Position numbers and translations under genes: made by a program. Source: Leucoraja ocellata (taxonomy: Eukaryota). From it: 64,000 nt of DNA. A model generated the notes under the pieces. The model searched no databases, was not told the origin of the DNA, and saw only the letters and a program-made list of their open reading frames with translations. Numbering within the stretch: the stretch's first letter is position 1; each line of letters starts with the position of its first letter. Below, one piece after another: positions 13,770 to 25,190 of the stretch. The stretch is taken from positions 372,001 through 436,000 of the forward strand of contig JAWMAR010000267.1 of the NCBI GenBank assembly GCA_036785375.1. The letters run 5' to 3'.

Positions 13770-15129
13770 TAAAGGAATAGAGAAAGCAAGTGGAGAGATT
13801 TTTTTTAAACCTATTTTTACAGGTTATGTACTCTCTGCTGTTGCCCACATCGTCACCTGTGCGGCATGTGATGTTTCCCCTATATTAAGAGCAGCTGAAT
13901 ACTCTTCCCCGCCCCACCCTTTTTTGTTTTGCTTTCACTTCAATAAAGCACAAAATATAGCAACTGTCATCATAAACAGTCTGGATTAGGGCACTGAATT
14001 ATTAGTGCACTTTTTAATGTACAATACGCATAAATGCTTAAACGTATTCATCATGTCACCTGTACAAGACCCAAACATGTTTTGAGAGCACAATAATTTA
14101 TTTAACAATGTTTGTATATCTTGCTCAGTCTTTAATTCTATGAACATGTTCAAATTATCCATTTCCAAATTATAGAGTTCAAGGGTTTCACGGAGTCCTC
14201 GTATTCTCGAGAATGATAGCATATATGTAGTTGAATTCAGCATTAGCGTGACTGGAAATGGGCACTCAGTGACCTGCCTGTCAGGCAGGGTGTTCATTCC
14301 AAAAGCAAATACGATGTAAGAATGGCAACGACAGATCTCAACCGCACGGTGCGAGCTGGAATGAATATATCCCATTTGCGGTTCTGATATTATTAGCACA
14401 ATAATATCCAACTTTTATTCAAAACATCGTTTCTCTGAGCCCGTGTCCCCCAGTTTATCAAACGCTACAATCGAAATAATTTGTGCATTGGTGTTAGATT
14501 TAAAACCCAATATACTAAAGGGTGGGATCATGAACCAAGCAAATTCCTTTTCAACGAAGATACAGAACATTTTATTTTAATGTTTTGAGCGACTCGTCAT
14601 GGTGAATGTGTTTCAGATGAATTTAGTTACGCGCTGCGATGCTGTTATCTGGGTTCCATCGTCTCCCTGGTCAATGTAATACATGAACGAATTCATGGGC
14701 ATTCATTGTCCGTCCGCACATTTCAATATTTTTGCTTGACCAGGCTTTTCCTGGTAAAATGGGCGTATTAGCCAATTAGTGCCACATAATGCAATGTTAT
14801 GGATAAACACTTCTGGTAAGTAAATGATATGGAGCGACGCATCACAATGTATTGTAGACATAACTCCAATGCTGAAGATGAAATGTAGAGGAGTTAATGT
14901 CCTGTTGTGAGCTTATAAACGAAAGCCAGAACATTGAAAAAAATCTCCCGCATTAACTATTTCCATCTCGAGAATGGATGTAACGCACCAACCAGGAGCC
15001 CGTTGCAAATGGCAATATATTAATAGCATGGCAGCAATATATAAATGCCTGCCTTGCAAGCAATCTGTAGGCAGATTGGTCCCATCGTTTTCTTTAGTCC
15101 ACGAGGTCCCCATGTAATATTAAGATATG

Positions 15130-15245
15130 TGGGAAGGAACTGCAGATGCTGGTTTACACCGAAGATAGACAGAATGCTGGAGTGACTCAGCGGGACAGGC
15201 AACATCCCTGGAGAGAAGGAATGGGTAACGTTTCGGGTCGAGACT
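15130..15245 (-). mobile_element. Penelope-derived repeat, truncated within stem II
   Basis: Reverse complement of the family body, ending in acgtttcgggtcgagac. Confidence 0.8.
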
Positions 15246-15465
15246 TGGGTGCGGAATGAAATCCCCGACTCCCACGAATCCCAATGTAAGAAACCAGGGG
15301 AAGCTTCAATTCACACCTTAAGCAATTGTGCCTTCAAGCTGAGAACCGAAATCTCCCAATCACAAGGACTCCAAATCAATAATTGTGCGTAAATCAGAAA
15401 ATGAAATAATGGTATCGGTATATTCTTCAATCCTTCCGTTGTCCAGTGAGGATCCAACGTGCCAC

Positions 15466-15657
15466 GTGTAGGAACTGCAGATGCTGGTTTAAACCGAAGT
15501 TAGACACAAAATGTTGGAGTAACTCAGCGGGACAGGCAGCATTTCTGGAGAGAAGGAATGAGTGACGCTTCTAGTTGAGACCCTTCTTCAGACTAGTCAG
15601 GGGAAATGGAAACGAGAGATGTAAACAGTGATGTAGAGAGATATAGAAAAATGAATG
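15466..15657 (-). mobile_element. Penelope-derived repeat with mutated core
   Basis: Reverse-complement body including acccttcttcagact and the upstream extension. Confidence 0.8.
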
Positions 15658-15858
15658 CTGTGGTAGCGAGTCTACGTTAAAACGATATCGTAGAGGAGGC
15701 GGAATCACAGACATGTTCCTTTATGTTAAAATGTCCTTGTATGCTGACGGCCTGTGGGTATTTCTCGATATTTTGAGAACATGCTTCATCAGCAGGTCGG
15801 GGAGGAAGTCTAGGACAATCTCTGTTTTACCACGCAGATGGAACCTATGTTCCCAGGT

Positions 15859-16063
15859 TGACACAAAAAGCTGGAGTAACTCAGCGGGACAGGCAGCATC
15901 TCTGGAGAGAAGGAATGGGTGACGTTTCGGATCGAGACCCTTGTTGTGATGGGAAAGGGAAACGAGAGAGGTCTGAAGAAGGGTTCTCGACCCGAAACGT
16001 CACCCATTCCTTTTTGTGTCTATCTTCGGTTTAAACCTGCATCTAGAATTCCTTCCCTCACAT
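15859..16063. mobile_element. Inverted pair of Penelope-derived repeats inside one TSD
   Basis: A minus copy followed by a plus copy (CTGAAGA 15973-15979, GAAACGTC 15994-16001). TATGTTCCCAGGT at 15846-15858 and 16064-16076. Confidence 0.85.
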
Positions 16064-17004
16064 TATGTTCCCAGGTATTGGGCTCATGTATATATTCACA
16101 TTTCACTATTTTCAAATTCAGCAGGAAAGATAGGAGACATCATCCTCTCACTGTCCACCTTTATTCCCATGCTGTAGGTCAAACACTTTAAAACGCGAGC
16201 CGGTTCGCACGACAGCCTCCGCACTCTACGAATTAAAATTACTTCCAATTTTTATTTCCATCAGGACAATGTTAGATCAATCATTTGTTTAAACAGCGAA
16301 GTTCTTTAGGTAGAATTGTAAATTTGTTTTAATAGGTCAGCAAGGACATTCAAAATGGACTGACAATTCGCCAACTTCTAAATGGGCCCTTTTAAATCCG
16401 CAAATTGTTCGTAACAGTTTATCCAGAAATTATTTGCAAAATATTGTATTTTTGGTCAATCCCTTGGGTGTTTAAAAAAAAACAAACTGGGCAGTAATTA
16501 GATTCCTATTTCCAAGAATTCTTATTCGAAATAAAAAATAAAAATCACATATATTGGGCTGTGCGGATTCACCCCAGAAGCGAGATGGTGCAGTTTGGTT
16601 TCGTTTCAAGTGAATGGGAGCCGTCCACTATCTTCCAGTAAAGCAGGAAGGATGTCGTGAATAATGAGTAATGTGGATACTGAGGGTTGGTTTTTCGATT
16701 GTTTACAGCAGAAGCAACAGCCCGTCCCCGTCTCGCTGGCAGTAAAGTAATTCTCCCTGCTCTTGAATAGATTTGAAACTTGTGCTGGGAGTGTGCAGAA
16801 ATGCTACACTAAAACCCCGATCGATATTGCTTGTCAAGATTTATAACGCTGGCGTTCAGTCTCCAACATACAGTCCCCAATTCAGTTCCCCGACAGCTAA
16901 CTGTCCTTTCACGCAGCCACAGTCTGTGAAATAGTTGTATTTTACGTGGCATGTCATTGTCAGGTAAGCTCTCCATTGGGTAACGAACACGTTTAAGATG
17001 TATC

Positions 17005-17355
17005 TGTAGGAAGGAACAGCAGATGCTGGTTTAAACCGAAGAAAGACACAAAACACTCAGCGGGTCAGGCAGCATCTCTGGAGAAAATGAATAGGCGACG
17101 TTTCGGTTCCGAAGAAGGGCCTCAACCCGAAACGTCACCTAATCTTTTTTCTCCAGAGGTGCTGCCCGACGCGCGGAGTTGCTCTAGCTTTTTATGTCTT
17201 TCTGACGTTTGTTTAGATGTAGACGGGAGAGGCAAGGCACTGCAGTTGCTAGAAACTTGGGCAAACACAAAGTGCTGGAGGAATCCAGTGGGTCAGGCAG
17301 CTTCTGGGAAAGGAATGAACAGACGGCGTTTCTGGTCCAGACCCTTCATCAGGCT
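17005..17355. mobile_element. Inverted pair (17005-17200) plus a diverged minus copy (17264-17355) of the repeat
   Basis: Family motifs actcagcgggtcaggcagcatctctggaga and cccgaaacgtcacc. The last copy reads CTGATGAAGGGTCTGGACCAGAAAC on the minus strand. Confidence 0.8.
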
Positions 17356-17919
17356 CAATACGTAGATGTATTCTGAAACTAGTTTCCATTTAAACAAAAC
17401 TTCCAGCAAAATATTCTAATGGTTAAACAACCAAGCCCGTTTAAAATATAAGTTTGAATTCTAGTGAATCTACTTGAGGAACCCAATGGTATGGAATGGT
17501 CACACTCATAAACGATTGAAATCTTTACTACAGATGGCTAGTTGAGAAGATGTACAATTAGTCTATTCGTTCCGCCTGCCAAAACTTGCTCCTAAGGTTT
17601 GATGATGGTACAGCAGTGGGGTTTTTTTCGCTAACGTCCCAAATCAAAATAACATTTCAAAAATACAACTTTAATGTTGTCTCCCAAAATATCCCTTCTG
17701 TAGCTCTTGTCTCTTGAGATTGCATCATCAAAGCCATTTTCTCCCGATCAAATGACGATCCCTAAAGGGCTCGCCAGAACGCTTTACTCGGGCTATGCCC
17801 CATTATAGAATGTAATGAGCGATACAAATTTTGGCCCGGCAAGAAACGGAGCCACAAGTAAAGCGCTGTAGGAACTTAGCGGACCAGACAGCATCTGCGC
17901 GGGGATAAACCTGATACGT

Positions 17920-18512
17920 GATCTATGTAGGACCATGTGTCTCCCTGATTACATTTTATCTCTGTTTGCTTTGTTGTCACCTTCTTCCAGCTAACAATGA
18001 TCGATTCTAAATTTTCCTTGAGCTTTTATCTCTTTTGATATTTCGTTTTGACACCTTATCCTTCCTTGTCGCTGAGTCTTCCTCTCCAATAAGGGTCTCG
18101 ACCCGAATCGTCACCCATTCCTTCCACCCAGAGATGCTGCCCGTGTTTAAGAGGGAACTGCAGATGCTGGAGAATCGAAGGTTACACAAAAAAGCTGGAG
18201 AAACTCAGCGGGTGCAGCAGCATCTATGGAGCGAAGGAAATAGGCAACGTTTCGGGCCGAAACCCAGAAGGGTTTCGGCCCGAAACGTTGCCTATTTCCT
18301 TCGCTCCATAGATGCTGCTGCACCCGCTGAGTTTCTCCAGCTTTTTTGTGTAACCAGAGATGCTGCCTGTCCCGCTGAGTTACTCCAGCATTTTGCGTCT
18401 CTCTGAGACACGGGTCTGTCCATTGCTTCCGCGGCCGTTGCCTGAAGGAGCCGCTGAGTCTCTCCAGCACTTTTGTGTTTTTTAATGTCACTAAAGATTT
18501 CAGCACCTGCAG
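17920..18512. mobile_element. Nested cluster of Penelope-derived repeats containing a perfect 86-bp inverted repeat
   Basis: Arms at 18180-18265 and 18270-18355 with a 4-nt spacer AGAA, embedded in another copy. ccagagatgctgcc occurs on both sides. Confidence 0.88.
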
Positions 18513-18613
18513 CCATTTGAGTTCTCCCAGAAAATGGCCTCATCTGTTGTGGTCAACATTGGAAAGGATAAACGCACGGGATTTATTTTTGTTTGTTCTC
18601 CCTCTTCTCCCAG

Positions 18614-18789
18614 GTTTGGTTTCAAAACAGAAGGGCGAAATTCCGTCGAAACGAGAGGGCCTTATTGGCCAGTAAAAATGCGTCCATCCTCAAGTCATTC
18701 AGCGGAGAGGCGGTGGAGCAGCCGATGGCGCCGCGCCCAGCGCCAAGAGCCCAGGATTACCTGTCCTGGGGAACGACATCTCCATATGG
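18614..18789 (+). CDS. PRRX1: PRRX1 coding exon 3 (recognition helix WFQNRR, Q50, plus linker)
   Basis: Pyrimidine tract then cccAG at 18612-18613. Encodes VWFQNRRAKFRRNERALLASKNASILKSFSGEAVEQPMAPRPAPRAQDYLSWGTTSPY. Ends in phase 2 at GG|GTAATC (18790). Confidence 0.97.
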
Positions 18790-21700
18790 GTAATCTCTTA
18801 TTGGTAATATAGATATATATTGTCTGGAAATTGACTTTGTATAGTCGCTGCCAATCTCCCCTGACTGCAGCCTCCAAGACTCCGGTTTAACCAGCCCTAC
18901 ATGGCGCTGTATTTCATATCGTCCGTACCTGTAAACAATTGGATGCTATAATCCCCGATTCCAGATCATGCAGTCTGGTTTTAACTCTGGTTTGAACTGA
19001 GAACAATTCAAATATGACCATCAATTTCAAGCATAACTAAAATGAAACCATCCGAATCCAGGGACACTTATCCTGGTTTAGTCCTTTGGTTAACGGATGT
19101 AATATGTCAACTGCTTAACTGCAGTGCTTTATGAAGGCGGTGCATGCAGAATAGTGGATATGTGCGGTATCAGCTTCAAATTTATAGAGGTGACTGGATT
19201 TCAAAGGTGCTTCAGTTGGCAAGCCCTTTGGATCTTCCCTATAAAATGGAAGGTGTTGTCGAAAATAAAATATGCTTAAAGTGTTTTCTTGGGCAAGTGC
19301 AAGGAACAGACAATTCAATAGAATCACATAATTAGATAATTACCTACAGGCCAGGGACTGATGAATATCAGTGAGGCGTGAGCTCGTTCTCAATGCAGTG
19401 GCAATGATCCGTTGGAGATTTTGTTGTGACGTACATTCAGACTGAGAAATGGTTCTGAGTTAATCTATAATCCATAATCTAAGGGAAATTTGGCAGGAAG
19501 TTTGAGTAGGGTAGAGCCCATCCAGCAATTCCCTATCCCCAGCTGGACTCAATAAAGGTCCCAATGTGGCCAAAAAAATGTGCACCTGTGCTATCACCTG
19601 TCTTTGTCAGAAAAATGTCTCCAGGTAGCCGGTACTCTTTGCTTCAGATCATCAGGACAGAAAGTAATAAACATTTCAGTAGGCATGTTTCTTGGCAGCA
19701 CAACATCAATGTCCCCATGGCAATTTAAAATGGAAGGAAAACAAAGCCAGCACTTTGGCAGCAGACTGTTAGCAGTGGTAAATAAGGAACTGAATTATGA
19801 ACAAGGAACTCATTTCCCATTTGAACCATAGTTAAGGAACAAAATGTTAATCAATGTGCAGCATTATTCAAACGATTTAGGAAGGTATATAAAACATTAA
19901 AATATTTCCTATGAATTAAAAATTTATAAATGGAATCTCAAATTCAACTCACAGGCATGAACTCGTATCCAGTATATAACCTTTACTGTACTTAATACTG
20001 AAATAGCACACATTGATTAAGGTAAATTAAAATGCAGGATATTGAGAGTGTTCTACTGAGGATGTTAAATGTTCTTTGGAGAATAAGTATTCCAAATCCA
20101 TGTTCAAATGTAACTCCACCTGGTGCATTTGACTGTTGAAATTCAGGTGATCCAAATACCAATGTTCATTCTTTAAGCATGATACTTAATGGCTATTTTC
20201 AAATTTAATTATTTAAAATCAAATGAAGCCATTCCCCATTGCACTTAAGGAGAAGAATAATATTTTATCCAAGCACCACCACAAGAGTAAATAACGTTAT
20301 TGCATTTTCAATCAATTCCACTCACTGCACCATACATACATGGTTAAATATCATAATTAGAACTAGATTGCCTTTCCATCTTTCAAGAGACTGAACTTAA
20401 AACAATAATTACGGGCTATTATACATCCAGATTTTGAGAGTATTTTTTCTGTTGCAAATGGAATCTGTAATTAGATGGTTAATTTTTTGATGGTTCATCT
20501 CATACTCACCGGGAACCAGCTGTGACTTGTTAAAAGTTTGTTCTTTGTTAATTAGTGGATTCTGGAAAGAGATCTTTCAGTAGTGTGTTCTTCATAGCAA
20601 TCATAGCAATGGATTTTAACCTGGTGGATGTAAATAGAGAGCAGCAGAAGTATTGTGTGATTTGAAATTCAGAGCTAGGTCACATCGAGTGAATGTTTTA
20701 TCTGATATTGTTAGTACCATGCTTTATTCATAGTATATGCACTTCACGTTTTAATTTACACCGTTATGGCTTTTTAATTTGCAATCAGTTTTCATGTTTA
20801 AGACTAAATGCTTTTTAGGGGAGGTCAGATAATGGTAAATATTATACATTGATGCAAACTCTCACTTCCCTCACTATGATCTGCTTTATATTTTAACGCT
20901 GACACTAAGAGGCAGTATGGCAACAATTTTCTTTTACACAATATCATGAAACTATATTCTAGTGATTTCATCAGTTAAGAGGGCTGGATAAGTCACACCC
21001 TTTTCTCGCAACTATTTAATGTAAATGGGCATCATGACATTATATGGAGAAACTCTATTCAAATATCTGTCCCTCTGCTAAAAAAAACCCCAAATGGAAT
21101 AGCATGTAGGCAGAACTCCATTATATTATTTGTAATTCTGACAATTCAGCATTATATTTGGAAATGGATATTCACTATACTTTTAGTAGAAAATATTATG
21201 TTGAAAATACAATGGAGATGATTTTGATTTGGAAGCCGAACAATGTAGATCTAAACAAACTGCTTGGTGGATAAACGACAGGACTGAAATAGTGTATGGG
21301 AAAGTTAATTTAACTTCCAACCGGTTGGAAGCTGATACATTTATTGACCTATTACACAACCTGTAACATTTATTCAATTCAATTCTATTCGATGGTTTGA
21401 ATATTGCGTGCAGAAAGATCAAAATACAGACACAGCAGAATGTTACCAGTCATACTTTTCAACATTTGCTCCCACTTTTCAAACACTATGTAACAGAAAC
21501 CATCAAAGATTGAGATGAATATTATCAACATTAACAGCCAATAGCTCAATAATTTTCACACAGAAGTCAATTTCTATATTGTTGTTTGTCACACTTAACG
21601 CCTGAGTAGAAAATAGGGTCATTTTAATATAGGGCAATAAATATAATCATGGAATCCAGGTAATCGATTTAAACTGATTGGATTTAATATTTTTCAACGT

Positions 21701-22042
21701 TACTGTGAAATTAATAATTACAAACCTACCAGGAAATAATGCTAATAGTTAAGAGAACAATACTGTTAAGAAGATTGCCAAAATAAACTCACTCAGTAAC
21801 CACTTTATTTCTATTTGCGTGATAGATTTCCTCTTACAACTGTTTTCCACTTTACCCTCTTGCTTTACCACATCTAGTTCAGACGTCAAGCAGTTAACCG
21901 AGACACATTGCTCAGTTCTAAAGGATGGAAAATACTAGCTAATCTTTCTTACAATTAATTGTTCACACCCCTTTGAACATCCTAGCCACTCTTATTTGAA
22001 AATCCTTTGGATACAAGGGAAGACATTATTTTTTAATGTCTT

Positions 22043-22075
22043 TACATCGTTATATTTTGTAGCGTTATATATGCT

Positions 22076-22119
<44 letters not shown>

Positions 22120-22166
22120 TATAGATATTATATAACATATATAACGTTACAAAATATTAAGATGTA
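22043..22166. repeat. AT-rich palindrome around an (AT)n core
   Basis: 38-bp arms with 4 mismatches flank the AT microsatellite. Confidence 0.85.
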
Positions 22167-22312
22167 TTTGGAAGCATATTCAATTGTTCAAGGGGCTTTT
22201 AGATAGGTAGATGGAAGTGCAAGGAATAGAGGGATATGGATCATGTGCAGGCAGAAGAGATCAGTTTAACGTCATCATGTTCGGCACAAACTCCTGTGCT
22301 GCAGTGTTCTAA
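22165..22312 (+). mobile_element. CR1 LINE 3' end remnant
   Basis: ttttagataggtagatgga...gagggatatgga...cctgtgctg matches the other CR1 tails in the window. Confidence 0.65.
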
Positions 22313-23285
22313 GTTTATACCTGCCCAGCAATCTTAAGATTCTCCACACTTCCCAGTAGTTTACCTTTTACTGTGTATTTCCTCTGTAAATGCATTACTT
22401 CACAGTTAAATGGATTCATTTAATTTGCAAATTTTCTACCCACTTCAGCCTATTGATATTGCCCTGCAGTATGGAATTTTGTCATTCAGTGTCAACCATA
22501 AACCTAATTTGGCATTTTCTGCAAATGGTTTAATGATGTCCTTTATTTTTATGATTAAACCATTGATACATATATATATATATCAAATTGAGGCCAGCTA
22601 CCCCCGTAGTAAATCAGTCAGCAATGATTAGAATAAACTTTGCTATCTATCACAGGCATTTTGAATCCAACTTGTCACTTTGCCTTGTATCCAATGCATT
22701 TTCATTTAGTGGTCAATCTGACCTTGTTAAAATTCCCATATATTACTCCCACACCTCTGGCTCAGCAACACATAGTGGATAAGCTTGGTCTGTAGATACA
22801 GTCTCCCTCCCATAGTGCAATTATTCCAGCATGGCTGAAATTGATATCAAACACCGAGAAGGTTTATGGAATACAATATTGCACCCCATCAGTTTGCAAG
22901 AGTCAAATAATTGTATAGTTACTGCCCCTTGAGCTTTATAAATTTTAGACCCCTTTAGTAAGGGCCCAGAGAACAAAGTTAATCCCATGTAGCTCCATAT
23001 ATTATAGCAACAACTTGCACTAATGTAACAACTTTAATGTAGGTGTATTCTGTGGCACTTTTAAATATGTTAATATGATAAAATTAACTTCAGATCATTG
23101 TTTTTTACCCTTTTATACAAAAACTATCGCATTGCGTTTCAATTTTCTTTAATCTATGTGTCCAGTTTTGTTATATCCATATTATTAACCGACATACGTT
23201 AAGAATTTAGCAGGTGGGAATCCTTTCCACCCATAGTCTTTTCTTCATACATCCATGATGCTCACAAGCTTGATATTACCTAATC

Positions 23286-23600
23286 GGTGGCACAGTAGTG
23301 CAGTGGTAAAGTTACAGCCTTACAGTGCCAGAGGCCGGTTTCGACCCTGACTACGGGTGCTGTCTGGACAGAGTTTATACATTGTCCCCTTGATCACTTG
23401 GGTTTTCCACGGGAGCTCTGGCTTCCTTCCACACTCCAAACATGTATAGGTTTGTAGGTTAATTAAGCTCTGGTAAAAATTGTAAATTGTCCATAGTGTG
23501 TAGGATAGTGTTAATGTATGGGGATCACTAGTCGGCATGGACCTGGTGGTTCGAAGGGCCTGTTTCCGCGCTGTATCTCTAAACCAAACTAAACCAAACA
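23286..23600 (+). mobile_element. tRNA-derived V-SINE (HE1-like)
   Basis: tRNA-like head with A/B-box-like motifs, central V-type domain, tail gaagggcctgtttccgcgctgtatctcta shared with CR1 3' ends, terminal (aaac/aaact) repeats. Confidence 0.8.
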
Positions 23601-24139
23601 CTATTTTTGGATTTACCTACTCATTTGTTGACTTGGAATATGAGCCTAGGACCAGCTTCTTTATGCATTTATATGATTGGCACAAAGTCTTAATAATATA
23701 GCATTTGGCTAACATTTTTAAGTATAGAGGGGGAAAAAGGTCATGGTGTAAAAACCAATTTTCAGATATTATTTTATAATTAATGTGCATGGCATTCATC
23801 TCTATAACCAGTCTATCCACAGTCAATTTACATTTACACATTACTTACTGAATCAGCTCATTATTCAAACACCACCTCCCAATGGGAATCTGTTTATTTC
23901 TCCTAATCAGGTTCACCTCATTTTCACACGTCGGATAAAATTCCTGCTTCGAGAATTTTACCAATAGGATCAGTAAATACTAATTGGAATGGAGCGGGGG
24001 GAAAAAAAATCACACTTATTATGGCATAGTCCAAGGTTGTTTTTATGGTGCACAAAATTCCATCCGTTTTTGCTACAGCTGGTTAGCAACCCAAGAGTAA
24101 ATCATTCAGGTTTCCCAAAACTAGTAGAAATTGATTATT

Positions 24140-24495
24140 CATGTTTAGTTTATTGTCACATGTACCGAGGTACAGTGAAAAGCTTTTGTTGTGTGCTAAC
24201 CAGTCATCAGAAAGACAAGACATGATTACAATCAACCCATTTACAGTGTGTAGATACATGAGAAGAAAATAAAATTTGTTGCTAGCTAAAGTCCAATCAA
24301 AGATAGTCCGAGGGTCACCAAAGGAGTAGATAGTAGTCCAGCACTGCTCTCTGGTTGTGGTAGGACAATTCAGTTGCCTGCTAACAGTTGGGAAGAAACT
24401 GTCCCAGAATCTGGTGGTGTGCGTTTTCACACTTGTATACCTTTTGCCTGATGGGAGAGGGGAGAAGAGGGAGTGGCCATGGGAGCGACTCATCC
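24140..24495 (-). mobile_element. Rex1/Babar-type LINE 3' end
   Basis: Minus strand encodes HSLFSPLPSGKRYTSVKTHTTRFWDSFFPTVSRQLN, followed by a 3' UTR ending tgtgacaataaac. Confidence 0.75.
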
Positions 24496-25034
24496 TATGA
24501 TGAACCCAACAAGGGGGATATGTACACTTTGGGTACTAGGGGTGTCCTTGTAGTCCTTATAGCCCACAATGCACAAAACAATTTGTTTACGATTCTGCTT
24601 TCTTGCATCGTACTCTACATACTGACAATATGATTTACTCGCTCATTCCTCTCCTCACATGAACTCATGAACAGTACATGTTCCTTCATCAAAAGAAACT
24701 GGAGAGTTAGATCTCGGGCAGGGTCCTACCAGCCAGCTGCTACAAATCTGACATTTCTTTTCTCTCCTTGTAAACAAATATTGGCCTCCATCCAGCCCAT
24801 TCTTCTGGTGTGATAAACGTTTATTAAGTGCCATCTCATATGATCCAACAAAGCATTTTGTTTGAATTAATTTTAAAGTTGTATTTTGGTCCCTATTTGC
24901 TTTATCTATATTAGTCCACATTGTCTCCTCCTTTACTCGTCATAGCTTTCCTCAGATGTGGCTGTTTTCTTTTGGGACATTTACACTCATCCCATTGTAT
25001 ACTACCTCCATTCTACAAAATTATCCACTCTTTA

Positions 25035-25190
25035 AGGAAACACAAGAGATTGCAGATGCTGGAATCTCGAGAAAAACACAAAGTGCTGGAGGAACTCAGC
25101 AGGTCAGGCAGCATCTGTGGAGGGATTATAACCTGTCCATCCCTTCCACAGATGCTCTCTGATCCACCGGGTTCTCTCAGTGCTTTGAGT
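25035..25190. mobile_element. Diverged inverted pair of Penelope-derived repeat fragments
   Basis: tgcagatgctggaatct...actcagcaggtcaggcagcatctgtgga followed by tccacagatgct... Confidence 0.7.

Noticed and set aside
18035-18543. Overlapping ORFs with identical peptides on both strands
   Set aside because: A consequence of the perfect inverted repeat, not genes.
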